NCBI RefSeq assembly: GCF_006345805.1
Contig: NC_043001.1
Span: forward strand, 49,600,001-49,664,000
DNA: 64,000 nucleotides
Direction of reading: 5' to 3'
From: Octopus sinensis
Taxonomy: Eukaryota
This document shows positions 27,816 to 38,196 of this stretch, piece by piece. The notes beneath the pieces are model-generated. The model was not told the DNA's origin. It worked only from the letters and a program-made list of their open reading frames with translations, and ran no database searches. Within the stretch, counting starts at the first letter, position 1. Every line of letters starts with the position of its first letter. The translations under genes were made by a program, and so were the position numbers.

Positions 27816-27823
<8 letters not shown>
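27607..27823. repeat. Imperfect inverted repeat, ~95-bp arms (duplicated at 32596-32811)
   Basis: ATATGTCATTTAGAGAT...TTTTAATACT pairs with AGTATTAAAA...ATCTCTAAATGACATAT. Confidence 0.85.
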
Positions 27824-27872
<49 letters not shown>

Positions 27873-28016
27873 TGTATTTGTGTATTTAGGCTCACTTTGG
27901 TGTTTCATATTAGGGAATACCTCAACAGTTAGCAATCCTATCAAATGGAACATCGGAGTTCGTGAGATGTATGTATCTGTGTGTATGTATGTATGTATGT
28001 ATGTATGTATGTATGT

Positions 28017-28574
28017 TTATGTCAGGTCACTTTCGAGTGCTACTGGTAACATGTAACCCAGTACAACCTGTTGCATGGTCGGGTCGTCGGCGACTAAACC
28101 GGCAACCCCACCAATCTTGCTTGGTGAGGAGGGTGTTTATTGGAGACCCTGCGGGATGAAAAACAAAATCCGTCAAAGAGCGGAAGAACTCTTGAGAGTC
28201 AACGGCCATCCAATAAATGTCTTAACGCTGTATCATGCGCGGGGACATAGAAATAATCGGACTGAATACCCGATCGCGCGGTTAAACCATTGGGAGTGAA
28301 GGACTCCTAGCATTTGTTATGGCATCCTTCTAGGAGAAGGTAACTCAGGTAACTGGGATAACTCTGACATAAAACCTGCGGCTCAGTGGTTACCGATGAT
28401 GTTGACTTGTTCTTGTTTTCGGATTATGGCTGCTGTTGCTTAGTGAGTGGGAGTGACTCAGTGCTCAGCCTTTCCTCACTTTAAAACAAAATCTTCTTGC
28501 ACAGGCATTGCACGACAACAACATTGATTAAGCTTCGTGCAATGGCCATACTCGATAACGAGGGGGCAGCCACC
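28017..28574. mobile_element. Same ~550-bp element, copy 3 (GST intron 4)
   Basis: Diverged copy preceded by (TATG)n. Confidence 0.8.
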
Positions 28575-28777
28575 ATGTATGTAAGTAAGGATTTAAGTTC
28601 AATTCATCAGCCACAATTGCAATGATCAACTTTTATCCCATTCTTCCTATTCTTTCGTGCTATTCTTGATTTTGGAGCTTTTATTTTTCCTTTTTTTTTA
28701 AATTATCCTCTCGTTTCTTCATTACATTCTTTCTTCCTATTTTCTTAATGTTTTTTCTCTTTATTTGTTTTACACAG

Positions 28778-28942
28778 CTTACTCTTGCAGATATTTCTAG
28801 CTTTGCTTTCCTGGAATTCTGTATCGATTTAGATGCTAACTTGCTGAAGACCTACCCAAAGATAGATGCCATTCGAGAAACTGTGTCTAAAGTTCCCTCT
28901 ATCGCTGAATACCTTGAGAAACGTCCTAAAACCGACTTCTAA
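28778..28942 (+). CDS. Sigma-class GST gene 1, terminal exon 5A
   Basis: Long polypyrimidine tract and ACACAG acceptor; LTLADISSFAFLEFCIDLDANLLKTYPKIDAIRETVSKVPSIAEYLEKRPKTDF-TAA. Exons total 606 nt (201 aa plus stop). AATAAA at 28971. Confidence 0.93.
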   Translation, partial: LTLADISSFAFLEFCIDLDANLLKTYPKIDAIRETVSKVPSIAEYLEKRPKTDF

Positions 28943-28970
28943 ATGAAAATGCATAAATGAAAATATTCGA

Positions 28971-28976
28971 AATAAA
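28971..28976 (+). terminator. Candidate polyadenylation signal for exon 5A
   Basis: AATAAA 29 nt after the stop codon. Confidence 0.6.
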
Positions 28977-29399
28977 AGAATTCGTTTTTAGATTTTATTA
29001 AATCGTACCATGTCTCGTTCTTATATTCTAACACCACACACGCACATACACTTGTACATAGACACATACATGTACTGTGTATATGCGCGTGCGTGTTTCT
29101 ACACACACACATGTGTACATGCACCCTCACACAAATGTCTCTGCGCATGTGCGTATTCAAGTGTATGTGTGTGTGTGCGAACATATATACACACACACTC
29201 GCGCGCGCGCACGCGCACACACACACACACACTGTTTTATGTTAATGTATTTGATTTGCCAGAATCTTGATATAAAATCGTGAGTTGAAACAGATATTGT
29301 TATATTCGGAGTGTCATGTTTTTGTTAATTAATCACACGCACTTTATACTGTATACATGTCGGCGGCGGCGTTTTATCGCGTGTCCGACAATTTATTTC

Positions 29400-29820
29400 G
29401 TTTCTTATTTGACCACTTCATTCCCTCTGTCCGTGTTTATGGCCCTGATGACTAATGAGGCCGATTCTTGCTTGGAAGCGTCTGTTGCAAAGTTCACAAG
29501 GGATCCATGATGGAGGCTTTGGTTGCTGCAGCTTCCATTTTCTTTCTGTCGTTTCTCTTCCTCTTTCCTCTGTCGTTTAGCTTCAAAATGATCTGTCTTC
29601 AATATCCCAGGCTTTGGGATCGACTCCATTCAGTTCTAAGTTTTGCTTCAGCTGATCCTTGTACTGACGGAGGGGACGGCCACAGAGTCTTCTTCCAGTG
29701 GAAAGTTCGCCATATAAAATTTGGCGCGGCAGCCTGGTTTCTTTCATTCTTGCTAAGTGGCCTGCTAATCTCAGACAATGTTTCAGAATGGTAGCCCCGA
29801 TGCTGCTGCTTTTCATTCAC
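29400..29820 (-). mobile_element. RTE-clade LINE RT C-terminal fragment
   Basis: LRLAGHLARMKETRLPRQILYGELSTGRRLCGRPLRQYKDQLK is the typical RTE post-RT region; duplicated at ~34390-34810. Confidence 0.75.
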
Positions 29821-30189
29821 GACAAAACAGAGACATCGGTCATATAGTCATTCCATTTAATATTCATAACAGAGTGGAGCTTCTATTAATGAAAACGCTC
29901 TAGTTTTTTTTACGGTGGATCAAACGGAGGAAGTTAGATGTCCGAACTCAACGATTGATCCTAATGGAAAAGGACAATGCCAAATGGACTGGCTAGAAAG
30001 GTGCAACTCTAATGATATTGGAACCAGCAGCATTCCGTTGCAATCTATCTTCAGGACATCGCATGTCACTCCAGGTAAAGTCGTGGCAGAAGGATTTTAG
30101 GCCACAGTGCGTGGAGTCCCCTTGGCAAGGAGATCTCCACTGTATACTATATATAAGGTGTGAGGCTGAGTAAAAAGTTTTATCAAATG

Positions 30190-31169
30190 TTGTATATCGT
30201 CTGCACTAGATGGTACTCAGAATGATGTTGTATGGAAATATGAAATAAATGAAAGTGAATCTTCAGTTTACGGTGTATGTGTTTTAAAACTTTTGGAAAA
30301 TGTACTCAATTGGACGCATTTCTACTCCGCCATATCACCCAAGATCAAACGGGCAAGGGGAACGGTCCATTGATACATTTAAAAGGGCATTAAAGAAGTG
30401 AAGAAACGTGCTAGTCGATGACGCAACATTGACACAGTTCTTGTGGGTTTATAGGATAACACCGAACCCAAACACTTGTTCAGGCAAGTTGCCTGCGGAA
30501 CTAATGTTTGCTCGAAAAATAAAATTAATTTTTGCAGTAAAAAAAAAGAAAGAAAACACTAAAAATATAAGTATTTTAATATAGGTGACAAGGTGTTTTT
30601 CAAAATATATAAAAATGGAAGAGAAGGTTGGGAAGACGGAGTAGTTACAAAATGAATAGGCAAAATGACGTATATTATAAGAGGTGAAAATTGGGAACAC
30701 GAAAGACATATAAATCAGCAAAAGAAATAGATATACGGAAAAAAGAAAAGCGATACCCAAGGAAGTACGCTACAACACCTTTGATGTTCCAACGCCACAA
30801 GAAGTCTAACCTAGGTGTAGCATCACAAGAAAGAGGAAATAAACAGAACGGTTGGATGTAGTGCCTAAACGGAAGAAATATTAAATAAATCTCAAAGGGT
30901 AGATGTTGTGGCAAGAATCATTGACATCCCTGTGGGATTAGAAGAATAGATAGCCGAACTCTTATAAAGAGTAGCGTATCGGTCGGGACGAAAAAAATCG
31001 TAGGAGTCGTTGAGAGTTCGTGGAAGTCGTAGGAAGTCATTGAGGTCATTGAGAGTTTGCATTTATTGGTGTATCGTGCTTAGTGGAGTAATTTGAAGTG
31101 CGTCGTGGGAAGACAGTTGTTTCAAATTCCCGCTTTGTGAAATCTATATACCCAAATTATAGAAGGGTA
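30190..31169 (+). mobile_element. Degenerate Gypsy integrase, polypurine tract and partial 3' LTR
   Basis: Frame-disrupted ISTPPYHPRSNGQ-x-ER-x-IDTFKRALK integrase core and GDKV..W..G C-terminal motif; purine tract then TGTTGTGG LTR start at 30904. Confidence 0.75.
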
Positions 31170-31469
31170 TATAACGGTTAGGGCAGCGGACATGCGGTCG
31201 TAGGATCGCGGTTTCGATTCCCTGACCGGGCGTTGTTGTGAGTGTTTATTGAGCAAAAACACCTAAAGCTCCACGAGGCTCCAGCAGCGGGTGGTGGCGA
31301 TCCCTGCTGTATTCTTTCGCCACAACTTTCTCTCACTCTTTCTTCTGTTGGCCTGCTCACTTAGCCAGCGGGGTGGTGTCATTTGAAGGCTAAAGCATTG
31401 TGACCAGCGATGTGTAGCAACATCTGATAGCCTAGTTGGAAAAAAAAGAAAAAGAGAATATATATATAT

Positions 31470-32480
31470 TGTTATGGTTTGGCTAGTGCAGTATTTCTTG
31501 ACCCATTTATGGGAGTGGCGCCGGCACGTCTGGAAGAAAAGCAACAGCCCTTTGTTTACTGGAAGAGTAATGGCTTTTTGGAGGGACCTTTTGGCCTTGT
31601 GCGGTCGATTGGGTGTCAGAGAGATGTGAGGGTCGAGGAAGAGAAAGTGGTGAGAAAGATAGAGTAAGGAATCTGAGAGCAGATAGAGAGGATATTAGCA
31701 GTGAGAGAGGATGAGGGGCAGAGGAGGACAGGCAGAGAGTATGGCAGAGCTAAAGGAGAGAGTGATTGCGAGGTACAGATTGAGGGGTGGCGATAGAGGA
31801 ACGGTTGGTATTCGGTGGTCAAAGCGAGTAGTCGGATTTTGGTTGTCAGGGCAAGCGGTTGGGATGCAAGAGCTTGGCAGATTGGAGCTGGCAGCACGAA
31901 GAGAGATATACAGAGGAATATGCGGCTGTTAGAGAGGAACTACAATATGGGACACTGGCTATTCAATTAGGAATTAAGGTATTTAATTGTATTGATACGT
32001 GCTACGATGTAAAGAGACTGTAAAAGAAGAAAGAGAGAGAAAAAGAAGGACTCTGATATAGTCGATAATGAACATTGAATTGTAACGTGAATTGTTGTGA
32101 TACGAACATTGTATAATGTATCGAAGTGTTCTGATTGGACTGTAACGTATCGTGAACATTATTTGATCTGAACTTGTTTGTCTATGAACATTGTTTATTG
32201 TATCCGCATGTTGTTTTCTTTAAATGCTTTGATCTGTGGTATACCTGTATGATGTGTTGATTCTGTTACTTGTATGTTTAAATGCTTTGATGTTGTAACA
32301 ATTGATTGTCATAAACTAGTTGTTAAATGTAAGCCAGTTGTTGCCTTGCCGTTTTGTGTCTCTCTCGGTTGCCTCTGTATCTCTGTGCTGCTGCTGTTGT
32401 TGTCGTTGTATCTATCTCTCCTCTCTCTGGGTTCCGTGGCCAACTTGCCCGTTCGGGCGAGCGACGACGGGTGATTCCGT

Positions 32481-32484
<4 letters not shown>
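31470..32484. mobile_element. Solo LTR (probably Gypsy type)
   Basis: 1015 bp, TG...CA termini with short inverted ends TGTTATGG / CCGTAACA, flanked by ATAT within a (TA)n tract; absent from duplication copy 1. Confidence 0.7.
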
Positions 32485-32531
<47 letters not shown>

Positions 32532-32804
32532 TTAGGGAATAAAAATTCCGGCGTCACAGAGATTCAAATAAATTGAATTATTCTCGATGGGGAAATATAT
32601 GTCAATTAGAGATAGAAGTCCCCATGCAATTCATCAAATCCTAATATAACATCACACCTTATCATAGAATATTATTTTAATACTTACTATTTCCGTTCCA
32701 AATTTCTCTTCTCTTTTAATAGTAAGTATTAAAATAATATTCTATGATATGGTTTGATGTATATTAGGATTTGATGAATCCCATGGGGACTTGTATCTCT
32801 AAAT

Positions 32805-32869
<65 letters not shown>

Positions 32870-33008
32870 TGTATTTGTGTATTTAGGCTCACTTTGGTGT
32901 TTCATATTAGGGAATACCTCAACAGTTAGCAATCCTATCAAATGGAACATCGGAGTTCGTGAGATGTATGTATCTGTGTGTATGTATGTATGTATGTATG
33001 TATGTATG

Positions 33009-33567
33009 TTTATGCCAGGTCACTTTCGAGTGCTACTGGTAACATGTAACCCAGTACAACCTGTTGCATGGTCGGGTCGTCGGCGACTAAACCGGCAACC
33101 CCACCAATCTTGCTTGGTGATGAGGGTGTTTATTGGAGACCCTGCGGGATGAAAAACAAAATCCGTCAAAGAGCGGAAGAACTCTTGAGAGTCAACGGCC
33201 ATCCAATAAATGTCTTAACGCTGTATCATGCGCGGGGACATAAAAATAATCGAACTGAATACCCGATCGCGCAGTTAAACCATTGGGAGTGAAGGACTTC
33301 TAGCATTTGTTATGGCATCCTTCTAGGAGAAGGTAACTCAGGTAACTGGGATAACTCCGACATAAAACCTGCGGCTCAGTGGTTACTGATGATGTTGACT
33401 TGTTCTTGTTTTCGGATTATGGCTGCTGTTGCTTAGTGAGTGGGATTGACTCAGTGCACAGCCTTTCCTCACTTTAAAACAAAATCTTCTTGCACAGGCA
33501 TTGCACGATAACAACATTGATTAAGCTTCGTGCAATGGCCATACTCGATAACGAGGGGGCAGCCACC
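33009..33567. mobile_element. Same ~550-bp element, copy 4 (within the duplication)
   Basis: Roughly 2% different from copy 3 by eye. Confidence 0.8.
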
Positions 33568-33765
33568 ATGTATGTAAGTAAGGATTTAAGTTCAATTAAT
33601 CAGCCACAATTGCAACTTTTATCCCATTCTTCCTATTCTTTCGTGCTATTCTTGATTTTGGAGTTTTTATTTTTCCTTTTTTTTTTTTAATTATCCTCTC
33701 GTTTCTTCATTACATTCTTTCTTCCTATTTTCTTAATGTTTTTTCTCTTTATTTGTTTTACACAG

Positions 33766-33930
33766 CTTACTCTTGCAGATATTTCTAGCTTTACTTTCCT
33801 GGAATTCTGTATCACTTTAGAATCTAACTTGCTGAAGACCTACCCAAAGTTAGAAGCCATTCGAGAAAATGTGTCTAAAGTTCCCTCTATCGCTGAATAC
33901 CTTGAGAAACGTCCTGTAACCGACTACTGA
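33766..33930 (+). CDS. Duplicated alternative terminal exon 5B of GST gene 1
   Basis: Same acceptor context as 5A; intact frame LTLADISSFTFLEFCITLESNLLKTYPKLEAIRENVSKVPSIAEYLEKRPVTDY-TGA; AATAAA at 33959. Whether it is used cannot be seen from the DNA. Confidence 0.75.
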   Translation, partial: LTLADISSFTFLEFCITLESNLLKTYPKLEAIRENVSKVPSIAEYLEKRPVTDY

Positions 33931-33958
33931 ATGAAAATGCATAAATGAAAATATTCGA

Positions 33959-33964
33959 AATAAA
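33959..33964 (+). terminator. Candidate polyadenylation signal for exon 5B
   Basis: AATAAA at the equivalent position after the 5B stop codon. Confidence 0.55.
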
Positions 33965-34190
33965 AGAATTCGTTTTTAGATTTTATTAAATCGTACCATG
34001 TCTCGTTCTTATATTCTAACACACACACACACACATACACTTGTACATAGACACATACATGTGCTGTGTATATGCGCGTGCGTGTTTCTACACACACACA
34101 TGTGTACATGCACACGCACACAAATGTCTCTGCGCATGTGCGTATTCATGTGTATGTTTGTGTGCGAGCACATATATATACACACACGCG

Positions 34191-34223
<33 letters not shown>

Positions 34224-34389
34224 TGTTTTATGTTAATGTATTTGATTTGCCAGAATCTTGATATAAAATCGTGAGTTGAAACAGATATTGTTATATTCGG
34301 AGTGTCATGTTTTTGTTAATTAATCACACGCACTTTATACTGTATACATGTCGGCGGCGGCGTTTTATCGCGTGTCCGACAATTTATTT

Positions 34390-34811
34390 CGTTTCTTATT
34401 TGACCACTTCATTCCCTCTGTCCGTGTTTATGGCCCTGATGACTAATGAGGCCGATTCTTGCTTGGAAGCGTCTGTTGCAAAGTTCACAAGGGATCCATG
34501 ATGGAGGCTTTGGTTGCTGCAGCTTCCATTTTCTTTCTGTCGTTTCTCTTCCTCTTTCCTCTGTCGTTTAGCTTCAAAATGATCTGTCTTCAATATCCCA
34601 GGCTTTGGGATCGACTCCATTCAGTTCTAAGTTTTGCTTCAGCTGATCCTTGTACTGACGGAGGGGACGGCCACAGAGTCTTCTTCCAGTGGAAAGTTCG
34701 CCATATAAAATTTGACGCGGCAGCCTGGTTTCTTTCATTCTTGCTAAGTGGCCTGCTAATCTCAGACAATGTTTCAGGATGGTAGCCCCGATGCTGCTGC
34801 TTTTCATTCAC
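34390..34811 (-). mobile_element. RTE-clade LINE fragment (duplicate)
   Basis: Identical translation to ORF 29583..29816. Confidence 0.75.
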
Positions 34812-35179
34812 GACAAAACAGAGACATCGGTCATATAGTCATTCCATTCAATATTCATATCAGAGTGGAGCTTCTATTAATGAAAACGCTCTAGTTTTTT
34901 TTACGGTGGATCAAACGGAGGAAGTTAGATGTCCGAACTCAACGATTGATCCTAATGGAAAAGGACAATGCCAAATGGACTGGCTAGAAAGGTGCAACTC
35001 TAATGATATTGGAACCAGCAGCATTCCGTTGCAATCTATCTTCAGGACATCGCATGTCACTCCAGGTAAAGTCGTGGCAGAAGGATTTTAGGCCACAGTG
35101 CGTGGAGTCCCCTTGGCAAGGAGATCTCCACTGTATACTATATATAAGGTGTGAGGCTGAGTAAAAAGTTTTATCAAAT

Positions 35180-36160
35180 GTTGTATATCGTCTGCACTAG
35201 ATGGTACTCAGAATGATGTTGTATGGAAAGATGAAATAAATTAAAGTGAATCTTCAGTTTACGGTGTATGTGTTTTAAAACTTTTGGAAAATGTACGCAA
35301 TTGGACGCATCTCTACTCCGCCATATCACCCAAGATCAAACGGGCAAGCGGAACGGTTCATTGATACATTTAAAAGGGCATTAAAGAAATGAAGAAACGT
35401 GCTAGTCGATGATGCAACATTGACACAGTTCTTGTGGGTTTATAGTATAACACCGAACCCAAACACTTGTTCAGGCAAGTTGCCTGCGGAACTAATGTTT
35501 GCTCGAAAAATAAAATTAATTTTTGCAGTAAAAAAAAAAGAAAGAAAACACTAAAAATATAAGTATTTTAATATAGGTGACAAGGTGTTTTTCAAAATAT
35601 ATAAAAATGGAAGAGAAGGTTGGGAAGACGGAGTAGTTACAAAATGAATAGGCAAAATGACGTATATTATAAGAGGTGAAAATTGGGAACACGAAAGACA
35701 TATAAATCAGCAAAAGAAATAGATATACGGAAAAAAGAAAAGCGATACCCAAGGAAGTACGCTACAACACCTTTGATGTTCCAACGCCACAAGAAGTCTA
35801 ACCTAGGTGTAGCATCACAAGAAAGAGGAAATAAACAGAACGGTTGGATGTAGTGCCTAAACGGAAGAAATATTAAATAAATCTCAAAGGGGGAGATGTT
35901 GTGGCAAGAATCATTGACACCCTGTGGGATTAGAAGAATAGATAGCCGAACTCTTATAAAGAGTAGCGTATCGGTCGGGACGAAAAAAATCGTAGGTGTC
36001 GTTGAGAGTTCGTGGAAGTCGTAGGAAGTCATTGAGGTCATTGAGAGTTTGCATTTATTGGTGTATCGTGCTTAGTGGAGTAATTTGAAGTGCGTCGTGG
36101 GAAGACAGTTGTTTCAAATTCCCGCTTCGTGAAATCTATATACCCAAATTATAGAAAGGT
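35180..36160 (+). mobile_element. Second copy of the degenerate Gypsy integrase/PPT/LTR
   Basis: TPPYHPRSNGQAERFIDTFKRALK; AAAGGGGGAGA tract then TGTTGTGG at 35897. Confidence 0.75.
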
Positions 36161-36180
36161 ACGTGCGCGCGCGCATATAT

Positions 36181-36253
<73 letters not shown>

Positions 36254-38156
36254 CACACGCGCGCATAATATGAAAGGTTTTCGTATCCAGAAGATCCAAA
36301 AGGCAGGTAAAGCTACGTATGTGCTACAGATGAACCGCTGTTAGACTCCCGGTCTGATAAGAGTGAGGTGTCTAACGCGGGTCATGTGTGAGCGTATATA
36401 GGTTAAATAAAATAAGACAACAAAGCCAAGGCCGTGTGAAATTTCTAGGACATTTTATAAATAGAAGGGTAATCTTACAGCTGTTTCAGGGATATAAAAG
36501 ATATCCCATCATCAGAGACGATAAGAGAGTTAAATTAAAGTAAATAATAGAGTTCAATATAAGAAGTTATTTTGGAAAGGGAGATATATAGGAAGTATGA
36601 AGGGAAATATAAGAATAAAAATAAAGATATGTGTTGGATGTTTAATTTGCTGTTCCATTATCCAAGGAATATGTTGTGTAGAATGGGTAAAAAGACTTCT
36701 TGTCCACGGTATGTAAGTTCCGGCAGGAGTTCATATTTTGTTATTGCAAATGTGTTCATTCAAAGGGATCTCTTAGTATAAATACGTCATGTGTGTGTAT
36801 CCAACACGAGTGTAAGTGCCTTAGTTTTACGAAACAGCTGCCCAGTGAAATATTTGCACTTGCGATAATGTTTTTTGTTTGTTAAATAATTGCACGTAAA
36901 ACCCCTTACCTCGTTTCATACTGCTAAGCTCGTCTACATGAACGAAATGATTAAGAAAAGTTGCTTACTGATGAGATAAAACAAATACTAATTTTAGTTT
37001 ATTTTTCTGTTTAGTACACCAGAAATATCTGATTACTTAGCAAAACATATGGATGTTTCTATGGAGGATCGCTCTCTTAAGCAGCATTAGAATCAAAATT
37101 ATCAGATGTTCTCTCATTTTGATATTTTTATCACAGTCCCAACGGAATGCTTTAAAAATTCTTATTTTTTCGCGAACTATATTCTCCGTGGTTTTGGCAT
37201 TCGAAAAACCTGCTGGTTCTCGTGAGAAACTGTTTTATATCTGAAGAATTATTTCTGATATAATGTAATTCTGAAGAAAAGAATCTCTCCTTTTAGTTGA
37301 CCTTTTTAACGAAGCAAGGAGCCTATAATAGTAATCAGAAGCTTCATAGTACACATTGAGTGTGTTAGAAGAAATGTCAAACTTTATCATATTGGTGTCA
37401 AGAATTTTCTTAATGGCTAAATTTCTTCTCAAATTGAAAATCAGATTTTGCGTAGAAATTGATCATCATCAGGACGCAGAAAGTAGAGTATCAAACTGAA
37501 TCTATCGCAGTATCTGGTCTTTTATTTGCATATTGAAATCCCAATCGAAAATAACTTTGTCTTTTATCCCAAGGAGATCAAAAGTGCCTGTAAAAAAGTT
37601 TTCGATTCTGTTGTTACAATAATATATTGAATTATATAAATAACTATTTATATGTCTCTATTGTGTTATGATTTTCTGGAATTAAAATTCTTTAAAAAGT
37701 CAGTAATTCTGTCTTCACATCTACGCCCCTCTCCATCTCAAACAAAATGGGACAGGACTGAGGAGTGCATGTTCATCAACTTCAGGGTGTTTTACAAGAT
37801 AGTGTGTCACATATTCATAGGCAAATAAACGCGACGAGAATACATTTGAAATAGGCAAGGGTGCTTACTATTAGAGGGTATTTTTCTTGGGTTTTACTTG
37901 AAATATTTTCATTTTCTGAGACACGTTTGCAAACCATTTAAATTAAATGGGAATTAGGGAGGAGTTATGAAGGGTAAATTTTGTCTGACCTCCGAAGCAT
38001 ATCAAATGTTAAGAAATATATGTAGTAATTTTTTAAAATAATGATGATGATGACAATAATAAACTTATTGTTTTTCTCTCGTCTCCCTCATCCCTGTCTT
38101 ACACTTTATTCTTCTGCCCTCAGCCTCTTCTCTTATACCCGTACCTCTATCTCTCA

Positions 38157-38196
<40 letters not shown>

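Larger units (their letters stand above)
27233..31170 (+). repeat. Tandem segmental duplication, copy 1 (contains exon 5A)
   Basis: Colinear with 31176-36160; several ORF-track translations are identical, e.g. 29316..29510 vs 34307..34501. Confidence 0.95.
31176..36160 (+). repeat. Tandem segmental duplication, copy 2 (contains exon 5B and an extra 1015-bp insertion)
   Basis: Begins GGTTAGGGCAGCGG like 27233 and ends CCCAAATTATAGAAAGGTA like 31151-31169. Confidence 0.95.

Noticed and set aside
13087-28942. S-crystallin identity for gene 1
   Set aside because: Lacks the Met-rich composition and central insertion of typical S-crystallins; closer to enzymatic sigma GST.
37053-37620. Possible Penelope RT remnant on the - strand (IKFDIS...)
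   Set aside because: Too decayed to support without a profile search.
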